From contig DATISF010000043.1 in NCBI GenBank assembly GCA_035468985.1, positions 13,590-77,589 of the forward strand: DNA of 64,000 bases, written 5' to 3'. A program made the translations under genes and the position numbers. The notes under the pieces are model-generated. The model had not been told where the DNA came from. It was given only the letters and a program-made list of their open reading frames with translations, and did no database searches. The stretch is from Thermoanaerobaculia bacterium. GTDB lineage: Bacteria > Acidobacteriota > Thermoanaerobaculia > Gp7-AA8. Below are positions 1-8,888 of this stretch, piece by piece. The number at the start of each line of letters is the position of its first letter. Position 1 is the first letter of the stretch.

Positions 1-483
1 TCGATCGAGACCTCGTCGAAGGAGCGGTTGAATTCCGTCAGCTGCTTGATGCCTTCCGTGTTGTCGCGGAGGATCAACTGCTTGATCGACTCCGCGGACG
101 CGATGTACGCATCCACACGCGGCTTCGCGCTGGCCAGAGCCTGTCGCACGGCCGGCGAGTGATTCGCCTCGTCGATGACGGCCATCTGCTCGCGGATCAA
201 CTTCACATCGCGTGGGAAGTTGTCGGTCGCGTTCACGAGCCACTGCGTGTCGGCGACGACGCTGGCGGTCAGGATCTCCAGCACGTCGGCCTTCAATCCC
301 TCGTGGAGCATGTCCACCATCATGGCCGCGTGGCTGGTCTTCGAAGCCTCGAGGATCGCGGCCTGAGCGGCGTCGACCTTCTGCAGGCCGATCCAGCCCG
401 CGTAGCCGGCAACCGCGACCATGGCCACTCCCACGATGACCATTCCGATCAGTTTCACAAGCACCGTAATTCGCTTTCGCATC
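1..483 (-). CDS. methyl-accepting chemotaxis protein, N-terminal fragment (continues beyond window start)
   Basis: Reverse translation from ATG at 483 gives MRKRITVLVKLIGMVIVGVAMVAVAGYAGW..., a TM helix followed by a helical sensor-like region. Open to position 1. Lies directly downstream of cheA on the same strand. Confidence 0.45.
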
Positions 484-493
484 GTCGTTCTCC

Positions 494-2107
494 CTAACCC
501 TGAAGGTGTTTCCTGCGCGTCACGCGCTGCACGAGCGCGGTGACGTCGAGCAACAAAGCCACGCGGCCGTCGCTCAAAATCGAAGATCCTGAAAATTCCC
601 GGACGCGCTCGAAGAGCTTTCCGAGCGGCTTGATGACGGTCTGGCTCTGCCCCTCGAGCTCATCGACAGCGAGACCGATGCGCGTGCCCAGCGCCTGCAC
701 CACGACGACGTGCCGGGGCTTCGATGAGCTGGCGAACGCCGAGCCGAGGTCGAGATACGGCAGCGGCTCGCCGCGAACCTCGATCAGGCCCTGGGCCTCG
801 GGCCTCGGGCCTCGGAGGCATGAAGCGAGATCGAGGCACTCCACCACCGCGTCCACGGGGAGGATGTACGTCTCGCTGGCGACGCCGACGGCGAAACCGT
901 CGATGATGGCCAGCGTCAACGGCAGGCGAAGCGTGAAGACGGCACCCTGGTCGTTGTCGAGATCGATCGAGCCCCGCAGCGCTTCGACATTGCGCCGAAC
1001 CACGTCCAGCCCGACGCCGCGTCCCGAGAGCTCGGTCACGTTCTCCGCGGTGCTGAAGCCGGGCTCGAGAATCAGCCGGTAAACCTCGCGATCGGGCAGC
1101 TGGTCCGCGTCGGGCATGCCGAGCTCCCGCGCCTTCCTGACGATCGCCTTCCGGTCCAGACCGCGGCCGTCGTCGTGGACATCGATGATGATGCTGCCGC
1201 CTTCATGGCGGGCGGTCAGAGTGATCTTTCCTTCAGCCGGCTTGTTCTTCGCCCGCCGCTCGTCCGGAGACTCGATGCCGTGATCGACGGCGTTGCGGAT
1301 CATGTGCATCAGCGGATCGCGGAGGTGCTCGACGACGGAAAGGTCGACTTCCACGTCCGCACCGACGATGACCAGCCGTGCCTTCTTGTTCTGACCGGCT
1401 GCGAGATCGCGGACGTTCCGGATGAACGGACGGAACACGGTGCCGACGGGCACCATGCGCACGCGTGTGACCAGCTCCTGGAGCTGCAGCGCCAGCCGTT
1501 CGGTCTCGGCGAATGATTCGAGCAGCTCCGCGGATTGTGAATCCTCGATCGACCGGCCGAGCCGCCCGCGCGCAATGGCCAGCTCGCCCGCAAGGTTGGC
1601 CATCCGATCGAGACGCTCGACGTCCACGCGCAGGGTGCGCGCCAGCGCCCTGGCCGCCGCCGGAGTCGAGATCGCGGACGATCCGGTCGTCTGCGGCGAT
1701 GACTCTCTGCGCGCGCGCGCCCATTCTCCGAGCGCGCTGCAGGCTTCCATCGCGCTCGGCCGCGGCTGATCGCCGTGCTCGGCGACAACAGGAAGCCACT
1801 CACGGAATTCGTCGACCATGCGCAGCAGGAGCGTGGTCAGCTTCGAATCGGCTTCGATCGTGTGCTGCGCCAGACTCTCCACCGTGTCCTCAAAGGAGTG
1901 AGCGGCGTGCGTCACGTTGTCGAACGACAGGCACGAGGCGTTGCCCTTGAGCGTGTGCGCGCCGCGGAAGATGATTCGGATCAGCTCTGCGTCGCCGGGG
2001 CGGTCTTCGAGATCCATCACCGCCTTCTCCATCTGATCGAGTAGATCGAGCCCCTCGATGACGAATTCGCGGGTGACGGCGGAGATGTCTATGTCCATGG
2101 TGGTCAT
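494..2107 (-). CDS. cheA: chemotaxis histidine kinase CheA (HPt-dimerisation-HATPase-CheW-like; no receiver domain)
   Basis: HPt motif FRGAHTLKGNASCLSF. HATPase G-boxes (DDGRGLD, SGRGVGLDVV). C-terminal CheW-like domain. Confidence 0.85.
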   Translation of the reverse strand: MTTMDIDISAVTREFVIEGLDLLDQMEKAVMDLEDRPGDAELIRIIFRGAHTLKGNASCLSFDNVTHAAHSFEDTVESLAQHTIEADSKLTTLLLRMVDEFREWLPVVAEHGDQPRPSAMEACSALGEWARARRESSPQTTGSSAISTPAAARALARTLRVDVERLDRMANLAGELAIARGRLGRSIEDSQSAELLESFAETERLALQLQELVTRVRMVPVGTVFRPFIRNVRDLAAGQNKKARLVIVGADVEVDLSVVEHLRDPLMHMIRNAVDHGIESPDERRAKNKPAEGKITLTARHEGGSIIIDVHDDGRGLDRKAIVRKARELGMPDADQLPDREVYRLILEPGFSTAENVTELSGRGVGLDVVRRNVEALRGSIDLDNDQGAVFTLRLPLTLAIIDGFAVGVASETYILPVDAVVECLDLASCLRGPRPEAQGLIEVRGEPLPYLDLGSAFASSSKPRHVVVVQALGTRIGLAVDELEGQSQTVIKPLGKLFERVREFSGSSILSDGRVALLLDVTALVQRVTRRKHLQG

Positions 2108-2114
2108 CGCATCC

Positions 2115-2618
2115 TCACAGCCGCCGGATGGTCACGTGCCCGGTGTCGGTCTCGAACGTGACCTTTCGACCCTGACGTCCTTCGAGATCGCGCTGGACGA
2201 TGGCCACTCCCGACTGCGTCACGAGTGTCTCCGCGAGCTCGGCGTTGCGCTTTCCGATGTGATCGGCGTTGCGAAATGTCTCCATGACGCATGCGCCGCC
2301 AAAGATGCCTGCCCGAAGATCGCGGCACAGCGAGCCGAGCCGCGTCAGCCGGTTCAGCAACTGCTCCCAGGCCACGTTGCCGAAGCGCGCCGCTCCGGCC
2401 TCTTTCCCGTGAAACGGCAGCATGTAGTGATTCATCCCGCCAATGTGCAGTCGTGCGTCCCAGAGGCAGATCGCTACGCACGATCCGAGGATGGTGATGA
2501 TCACGGACGGCTCGGTGACCGCGGTGAGCTGGCCGGCCTGCAGATAGATCTTCCGACGATCGATCAAGGCCGGCACGGGGTTCGCGGAGTAGGTGGCCGT
2601 CACGAAGTCGGTCATCAC
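2115..2618 (-). CDS. cheD: chemoreceptor glutamine deamidase CheD
   Basis: 167 aa. Conserved ILGSCVAICLWD core typical of the CheD family. Adjacent to cheA. Confidence 0.75.
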   Translation of the reverse strand: MMTDFVTATYSANPVPALIDRRKIYLQAGQLTAVTEPSVIITILGSCVAICLWDARLHIGGMNHYMLPFHGKEAGAARFGNVAWEQLLNRLTRLGSLCRDLRAGIFGGACVMETFRNADHIGKRNAELAETLVTQSGVAIVQRDLEGRQGRKVTFETDTGHVTIRRL

Positions 2619-3184
2619 ATCACCGCGGTTCCGGTCGCGTGCAGGTTTGCGCAGTACAGCGCGGTCGCGGCGTGGGTGGCCAGAAGTCCGAACAGCTCAC
2701 GATCGACGGCGTCCAGACCGCTCTTCTGTTGCAGGAGCCGGAAGATGGCGATGGCCCCGGTCGGCCGATCGTCGACGATCATCGGAATGCAAGCCGTCAA
2801 CGGTTCCGCGGCGACGGCCCCTCCGTCGCGCACCCACAGCTGACGCGAACGCATGCACTCGTCGATGCGCCGCCGGGCGTCTTCCGGCAGTTCGTCGAAC
2901 CGCTCGGCCTCCACGCCCACCGCGGCAGCCAGGCGCGGGACCTCGTGATCGAGCTCCCACACCGTCAGCTCCTCAGAGCCGACAAGATTGATGATGATCT
3001 CCTGGATCCCGGCGAGCACCTCGGCGCGGTCGAGTGTCGAATGCAGCCGGTAGCTGGCCACGTAGAGGTTGGCCAGATTCGTGTTCTGCTCTTCGAGCTC
3101 GATCCGCTCCGCTTCGAGCCGCGCGGCCAGCTCGCGCAGTTTCTGGTTCTCCTGCAACAGCTCGTGTGTATTTCGTTCGGACAT
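2615..3184 (-). CDS. GAF-domain protein with N-terminal coiled coil
   Basis: 189 aa. N-terminal heptad-rich ELLQENQKLRELAARLEAERIELEEQ, then a GAF-like fold. 4-bp overlap with cheD start. Confidence 0.5.
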   Translation of the reverse strand: MSERNTHELLQENQKLRELAARLEAERIELEEQNTNLANLYVASYRLHSTLDRAEVLAGIQEIIINLVGSEELTVWELDHEVPRLAAAVGVEAERFDELPEDARRRIDECMRSRQLWVRDGGAVAAEPLTACIPMIVDDRPTGAIAIFRLLQQKSGLDAVDRELFGLLATHAATALYCANLHATGTAVM

Positions 3185-3187
3185 GTC

Positions 3188-3559
3188 TCACTCACCGAGG
3201 CAGCTGCGAATCTTGGTGACGAGGTCGAGACTGTTGATCGGCTTCGTCACGTAGTCGCTGGCCCCATTCGAGAACGCCGTCTCCACGTTGTTCGCTTCGG
3301 CCCGCGTGGTCACCATGATCACGGGGATGGAGCTGGTGTGCTCGTTGTCATGAAGATGGCGGACGGCGTCGAGACCGTTCATGTGCGGCATCACGAGGTC
3401 CATCAGGATCAGGTCCGGCTGTTCCTGCTCCGCCTTCGCGAGCGCTTCCTCGCCGTTGCCGGCCGTCGTCAGCACGTAGCCGTACTTGGCGAGAATCATC
3501 CTCTCCATCATCAGAATCGTGCTGGAGTCGTCGACGAGCAGAATCTTCTTATGAGACAT
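3188..3559 (-). CDS. cheY: CheY-like single-domain response regulator
   Basis: 123 aa. Receiver-domain acidic pocket (LLVDDS...D...K), KILLVDDSSTILMMERMIL...DLILMDLVMP...ASDYVTKP. Confidence 0.8.
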   Translation of the reverse strand: MSHKKILLVDDSSTILMMERMILAKYGYVLTTAGNGEEALAKAEQEQPDLILMDLVMPHMNGLDAVRHLHDNEHTSSIPVIMVTTRAEANNVETAFSNGASDYVTKPINSLDLVTKIRSCLGE

Positions 3560-4343
3560 GGGTCGCTCCTTCGGCTGTGCTCATCCATGCGGAAGGCATG
3601 GAGGAATCGATGAATGCCTGCGCCGGCGCCGGGCGCGCAAGCGCGAAACCCTGGACCAGACGCAGGCCGAGATCCCGGATCGCCTGCAGATCCTCGTCTG
3701 TTTCCACTCCCTCGGCGACGACCGACGCTCCAACGTCGGACGCCAATTGCTGAATCGATCGCAGAACCGCGGCGCGATGGCGATCGCGCGCGCAGCCATG
3801 GACGAGATAACGATCGAGTTTGAGGACGTCGGGCTGGAGGTCGACGATCATCTGGTAGTTGCAGCGGCCGCAACCGACATCGTCGAGCGCGATCCGTGCG
3901 CCGGCGTGGCGTAAGTCGGCAATCGCGCCGCGCACCGCCGGAGCATTCCAGTACTGCGACTGCTCGACGAGCTCGAACATCAGACGCGACATCGGAATCC
4001 GATGGCGGCTTACCTCACCGGCCAGCCACGACGTCACTTCCCGATCGCGCTCCAGCGTCGCGGCGTGAACGTTCAGCGAGATGACCACGTCGTCCGGGAA
4101 CCGCCGCGCCTCAGAAAGTGCAGCGGAAAGGCAACGCCGGTCGATCCTCGCCTCCTCGTGTTTGAGCCGGACGTAATCGAACAACACCGCGGCCGAGGCG
4201 AAGTTCGTGTCGGCCGGGCCGCGCGTCAGTGCTTCCAGGCCCCAGGTGGACTGAGAGTCACCCGTGACGTCGAAGATCGGTTGAAAAACAACTCTCAAAC
4301 CGTCGCCGGCGAGCAGTGAGTCGGCGTCGATGCGCATCAGCAT
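3549..4343 (-). CDS. EAL-domain c-di-GMP phosphodiesterase (stand-alone EAL)
   Basis: 264 aa. FQPIFDV...GLEALTR, DDVGCG, and a KLDR...V motif typical of the EAL fold. Confidence 0.7.
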   Translation of the reverse strand: MLMRIDADSLLAGDGLRVVFQPIFDVTGDSQSTWGLEALTRGPADTNFASAAVLFDYVRLKHEEARIDRRCLSAALSEARRFPDDVVISLNVHAATLERDREVTSWLAGEVSRHRIPMSRLMFELVEQSQYWNAPAVRGAIADLRHAGARIALDDVGCGRCNYQMIVDLQPDVLKLDRYLVHGCARDRHRAAVLRSIQQLASDVGASVVAEGVETDEDLQAIRDLGLRLVQGFALARPAPAQAFIDSSMPSAWMSTAEGATHVS

Positions 4344-4720
4344 GGAACCTCCGCGTGGATGAGTTGGGAAACCGCATCGGCCACCACCGACAGGGGGACG
4401 GGTTTGCGGATGAAACGGTCGACGCCGAGGCGGCGTGCCTCGCGCTCGGCCATGCTGGTCGCATGTCCGGTCAGAACGACGACGCGCGTCATCATCGAGC
4501 GCTCGCGGATGAATTCGATGACGTCCAACCCCTCGGAAGAGCGGACAGGAGTGAGCCGCATGTCCGTGATGACCACGTCGTACGGCATGTTCATCAACAT
4601 CGCGTACGCTTCGGCGAGCTCGGACGCGGTATCGACGACATACCCGGAATGATCGAGGTAGTCCTGCAGGGCGAAGAGGAGTGTGGGGTCATCTTCGACG
4701 ATCAGAATTCGATTGCTCAT
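4337..4720 (-). CDS. single-domain response regulator (REC only)
   Basis: The ORF-track ORF is 193 aa, but the receiver domain starts at the internal MSNRILIVEDD (ATG at 4720). The upstream part is Arg-rich non-coding-looking sequence. Confidence 0.65.
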   Translation of the reverse strand: MSNRILIVEDDPTLLFALQDYLDHSGYVVDTASELAEAYAMLMNMPYDVVITDMRLTPVRSSEGLDVIEFIRERSMMTRVVVLTGHATSMAEREARRLGVDRFIRKPVPLSVVADAVSQLIHAEVPC

Positions 4721-4927
4721 CGTCCGCCATGAGCGCAACCGAAATGCCACGCCCTCGCGCAACACACGTCTTCGTGTTTTCAATCGTTTAGCTCCGCGAT
4801 TCGCACCGGCGCGTCCCGGACGCGGACAACACATCCGGATCATGGAATGCGATCGCGTGACCGCTTCGCGGAAGTCGCGTGACCGCCTCGGGCCGGCCGT
4901 GTGACGGCCGTCGCACACCCTGGGGGA

Positions 4928-6259
4928 TCAGCGTTGCTGGATGCCGTAGTCGCGAAGTTTCTGGTACAGCGAGCTGCGGGCGATTCCGAGACGCGCGGCC
5001 GCACGCTCGACATGGCCGCCCTCGCTCTCCAGCGTGCGGAGGATGTGCTCGCGCTCGACGCTGGCCAGCGTGGCGAGGGCGGCAGCCTCGGGACTCGCGT
5101 CATCGAATCGCAGAACCTCGGGATGGATCTCGGGTGTGTCGGTGAGCAGCAAAGCGCGTTCGATGACGTTCCGAAGCTCCCGGATGTTGCCCGGCCACGC
5201 GTACTGCTGCAACGCGGCAAGCGCAGCATCGCCGAGCCGCGCGTCGGCTTTTCCGAGATCGCGGGCAATTGCGCTCACGAGATAGTGCGCCAGCCCGGCG
5301 ATGTCTTCCCTCCGTTCGCGAAGCGGCGGGACGATGAGCCGGAATGCGCTGAGCCGGTAGTAGAGATCGCTGCGGAAACGCTGCGTGGCAACGAGTTGCC
5401 CGAGATCGTGATGCGTGGCACAAATCAAGCGCATGTCCACGCGGCGATCGCGCACATCGCCGAGGCGCCGGAATTTCTTCTCTTCGACGACTTTCAGCAG
5501 CTTGGCCTGCACTGCCGCGTCCATGTCGCCGATCTCGTCGAGAAAGATCGATCCTTCGTCTGCCACGTCGAACAGCCCCTGCTTGGCCGCCACGGCACCG
5601 GTGAAGGCACCGCGTTCGTGGCCAAAGAGCTCTGATTCCAGAAACTCGCGCGACAGCCCGGCGCAATTCAGGTCGACGAATGCTTCCGACGCCCGGGTGC
5701 TGTTCTGATGGATCCAGGTGGCCAGCACGCCTTTGCCCGATCCCGTCTCACCCTGCAGCAGCACCGGCGTGTCGGCCGCGGCGACTCTTCGCGCTTCCTC
5801 ACGGAGCCGGCGGATCGCGGCGCTTCCGCCGAGAAACGGATCGTATTGCGGCACCGAGCGCGACCGCGCCGCTGTGTCGCGCTTGTGTGTACGGCGGTTG
5901 GCCAGCACGCGATCGAGGATGATCTTCAAACCGGGGAGGTCGACCGGCTTCGTCATGAAGTGATCGGCTCCTGCCTTCATCGCTTCGACCGCGAGATCGA
6001 TCGACGCATGACCGGTCAGCATGATCAACGCGGCATCGTCGCCGGGGCGCTTCACGTGCGGAATGAGGCTGAGGCTCGGCCCGTCCGGCAGTTTGTAGTC
6101 GAGAATCACGGCATCGGGCACCGACTTCTGGAGAACCTCGCGCGCACTGCGGCAGGAGTCGGCCTCCTCGACCTCGAAGCCACTGGTGACGAGGAAATCG
6201 CGCACGGCAAAACGGATTCCCTCGTCATCGTCAACCAGGAGGATCCGCGCGCTCGTCAC
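4928..6259 (-). CDS. sigma-54-dependent transcriptional response regulator (NtrC family: REC-AAA+-HTH)
   Basis: Walker A GETGSGKG, GAFTGA motif, C-terminal Fis-type HTH. Probable GTG start at 6259 (VTSARILLVDDDEG) overlapping the kinase stop by 4 bp (GTGA). Confidence 0.85.
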   Translation of the reverse strand: MTSARILLVDDDEGIRFAVRDFLVTSGFEVEEADSCRSAREVLQKSVPDAVILDYKLPDGPSLSLIPHVKRPGDDAALIMLTGHASIDLAVEAMKAGADHFMTKPVDLPGLKIILDRVLANRRTHKRDTAARSRSVPQYDPFLGGSAAIRRLREEARRVAAADTPVLLQGETGSGKGVLATWIHQNSTRASEAFVDLNCAGLSREFLESELFGHERGAFTGAVAAKQGLFDVADEGSIFLDEIGDMDAAVQAKLLKVVEEKKFRRLGDVRDRRVDMRLICATHHDLGQLVATQRFRSDLYYRLSAFRLIVPPLRERREDIAGLAHYLVSAIARDLGKADARLGDAALAALQQYAWPGNIRELRNVIERALLLTDTPEIHPEVLRFDDASPEAAALATLASVEREHILRTLESEGGHVERAAARLGIARSSLYQKLRDYGIQQR

Positions 6260-7320
6260 TCCGATTCCGTGCGGAGCGGCAGCCAGATGGCCACGGACGC
6301 TCCTCCCTCGGGGCGATTCGATGCGAACACCCGCCCGCCGTGCATCTGCACGATCCGCTGGACGATGGAAAGGCCCAGCCCCGTGCCGCCGGGCCGCGTC
6401 GTGTAGAAAGGCTCGAACACCATCCCCAGGGCATCGGCGGGAAAACCGGGACCGTGATCCTCGACCGAACACGAGACCCAGCAGCTTCCCTCGATATCGA
6501 TGATGTCGGTCGCCACTGCGATCGAGCTCGCTTGGGGCGAGTAGTGAATGGCATTCTCGAGAAGATTCTGGATGGCCCGCGCCAGCCGGCTCCGATCCAT
6601 GAGCACCGGCAGGTCGTGCCCGGACGAGCGATCGTCGATCTCGATGAGCTTCGGACGCGCCAGCTTTCTCACGACATCAATGGCATCCCCGACGGCGAGG
6701 CTGATGGGCTCGATTTTCGCGTCGAGGAGAGGCGGTTTGCCGTACTCGAGCAGGTCCTGCATCAGCGCCGTGATCCTGCCCAGCTCGCGCCGGAGATTGT
6801 CGGTATAGCGGCGTAGATTCGACTCCACGACGCCGTAACGCGCTTCGAGCGCATCGACGGTCGCGGACATCGCGAACAGAGGATTTCTGACCTCGTGGGC
6901 AACGTTCCCGACCAGCCGCCCAAGATCGGCGACCCGCTCGTTCTGCCGCGCGTTGCACTCCAGAGCAAGGAGGTTGGTTACGTCGCGCATCACGATCAGC
7001 CGTGTGCTGTCATGAAGATCGTGAACACTGATGTCCCAGGACAGGCCGCTGGAAACGTCGGAAGCTTGCGCGCGGACCGTCGGTGTCGAAGGGCTGACGA
7101 TGCGCAGCAGCTCGAGAACGCGCCACCACGGCTCGCCTGTCGCAAACCTCGACAGCGGCTCCCCGACGATGCCCTGTTCGGATCCGGTCAACTCCAGGGC
7201 GGCGGCGTTTGCGCGAAGAACAACGCCGTCGCTGTCGAGCAATACGACAGGAGTGTCGAGAGCTTCGGCAAGGCTCTGCCATTCGCCCTGGAGTGATTCG
7301 GCCTCGTACAGCTGTGGCAC
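6256..7320 (-). CDS. PAS-domain sensor histidine kinase (NtrB-like, cytoplasmic)
   Basis: H-box HEVRNPLFAMS. HATPase GGTGLGLSIV. N-terminal PAS. GTG start at 7320. Translationally coupled to the NtrC-like regulator. Confidence 0.8.
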   Translation of the reverse strand: MPQLYEAESLQGEWQSLAEALDTPVVLLDSDGVVLRANAAALELTGSEQGIVGEPLSRFATGEPWWRVLELLRIVSPSTPTVRAQASDVSSGLSWDISVHDLHDSTRLIVMRDVTNLLALECNARQNERVADLGRLVGNVAHEVRNPLFAMSATVDALEARYGVVESNLRRYTDNLRRELGRITALMQDLLEYGKPPLLDAKIEPISLAVGDAIDVVRKLARPKLIEIDDRSSGHDLPVLMDRSRLARAIQNLLENAIHYSPQASSIAVATDIIDIEGSCWVSCSVEDHGPGFPADALGMVFEPFYTTRPGGTGLGLSIVQRIVQMHGGRVFASNRPEGGASVAIWLPLRTESE

Positions 7321-7412
7321 CGCGTTGATTCTAGGCAGGGAATGGGCGGGCGCCGCGCCACGGCCATCACATCTTCAGGTGATGGCCAACAGAGGTCTAA
7401 CTAGTTGGAAAA

Positions 7413-8108
7413 TCAGGCGGAAATACGTCCATCCCGAATGTGGACGACTCGTTTGGCCTCACGAGCGACGTCGTCTTCATGAGTGACCAGGATGATCGAG
7501 TTGCCGCGCTCGTGCAGATCGCGGAACAGATCGAGGATCTCGCGGCCGGTCTGGGAGTCGAGATTGCCCGTCGGCTCGTCGGCCAGGAGCAGTGAAGGCT
7601 TGTTCACGAGCGCCCGGGCGATGGCCACGCGCTGGCGCTGACCGCCGGACAGCTCGTTCGGCTGATGGTTCATCCGGTCCCCCAGCCCGACCGCAGTCAG
7701 AGACTCCTCGGCAAGAGTCCGCCGTTGCGCGCGGGGAATCTTCGCGTAGATCAGCGGCAGCTCGACGTTCTGCAGCGCGGTCGTGCGGGCCAGCAGATTG
7801 AAGGTCTGGAACACGAATCCGATCTTCTTGTTGCGGATGGCCGCCAGCTCGTCGTCGTTCATCGACTCGACCGGCACGCCGTCGAGCAGATAGCGGCCCG
7901 AGGTCGGCGTGTCGAGGCATCCGATGATGTTCATCAGGGTCGACTTCCCCGACCCCGACGGTCCCATGATCGCGACGTACTCGCCGGGATTGATGATCAG
8001 ATCGATGCCGCGCAGCGCATAGATCTCCTGCGGGCCGAGCTGATAGACCCGCGTGAGCTGGTGCATCTCGATGAGATGCTCGGGGGCGATTTCAGGGAGT
8101 GCGCTCAT
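7413..8108 (-). CDS. ABC transporter ATP-binding protein, MacB/LolD/YknY-type
   Basis: Walker [10 protein letters not shown], signature [15 protein letters not shown], Walker [13 protein letters not shown]. 231 aa, ATPase only. Confidence 0.85.
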   Translation of the reverse strand: MSALPEIAPEHLIEMHQLTRVYQLGPQEIYALRGIDLIINPGEYVAIMGPSGSGKSTLMNIIGCLDTPTSGRYLLDGVPVESMNDDELAAIRNKKIGFVFQTFNLLARTTALQNVELPLIYAKIPRAQRRTLAEESLTAVGLGDRMNHQPNELSGGQRQRVAIARALVNKPSLLLADEPTGNLDSQTGREILDLFRDLHERGNSIILVTHEDDVAREAKRVVHIRDGRISA

Positions 8109-8120
8109 GTCCGATCCTGA

Positions 8121-8888
8121 TCAGGAAGCCGCTTTCATCCGCGCTGCACCGAGCGCTGCAAATCCGAGTTTGACGATGATCATCACTGCCCAGAGGCTGA
8201 TCACGATCGTCGCCGATTTCGCCTTCGACACTTTTGACAGGTGTGCAAATCCGATGATGAACAGAACGATGGTCCAGATCGCGAAGATGTCGATCGACGA
8301 CAGCAGCGAGAACGCGATCGGATGCACTTTCAGATCGAGGAGAAACGCGGGATTCGACGTCACCAGCGTGGCGATCTGCTCCGCGTCGATGGTGCTCTTC
8401 GTCATCGCCACGGCGGTCGTGACGATCGATTTGATCAGAAGCGGAATCCACGCATACAACGTCGCGGAGAACGCCTGCTTGTAGGTCCCTTCGCCGCCGA
8501 ACAGCCGGAAGGCGGTGAGCATGACGCCGGCGATGATCGCCCAGATGGCGATGGCCACGACCGGCGACGCATAGCCGATCGCTTTCCCGAGCGCGGCACC
8601 CATGCGGACGGCGCGGTCCATGTCGCCCGGCGACATGCTCGCCGCGCGCGAGGAACGCTCCATCTGGTCGCGAACCGTGCTCTCGAAATCGATGCGCGGA
8701 ATGAGCAGCACCGCCGAGATCACCGAGACGATGAACAGAATCGCCAGCGGCAGGAGAACATTCGGACGCCGCGCGATGTCGCGGAAGGTCTCATCCGGCG
8801 AAAACAGCACGCCTCCGAGACGCTGCCAGGAATCTTTCGATTCCTCAGGAACAGGAGGGGGCGGGGCGGCCTCGAGATCCGTCGTCAT
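8121..8888 (-). CDS. Yip1-family (DUF1282/YknW-like) polytopic membrane protein
   Basis: Short cytoplasmic N-terminus W.RLGGVLFSP.ETF..I followed by 5 predicted TM helices. ATG at 8888 overlaps the TolC stop (ATGA). Confidence 0.55.
   Translation of the reverse strand: MTTDLEAAPPPPVPEESKDSWQRLGGVLFSPDETFRDIARRPNVLLPLAILFIVSVISAVLLIPRIDFESTVRDQMERSSRAASMSPGDMDRAVRMGAALGKAIGYASPVVAIAIWAIIAGVMLTAFRLFGGEGTYKQAFSATLYAWIPLLIKSIVTTAVAMTKSTIDAEQIATLVTSNPAFLLDLKVHPIAFSLLSSIDIFAIWTIVLFIIGFAHLSKVSKAKSATIVISLWAVMIIVKLGFAALGAARMKAAS

Noticed and set aside
793-815. (GGGCCTC) x3 tandem heptamer inside cheA
   Set aside because: Only three units within a well-conserved coding region. Too short to call a variable repeat.
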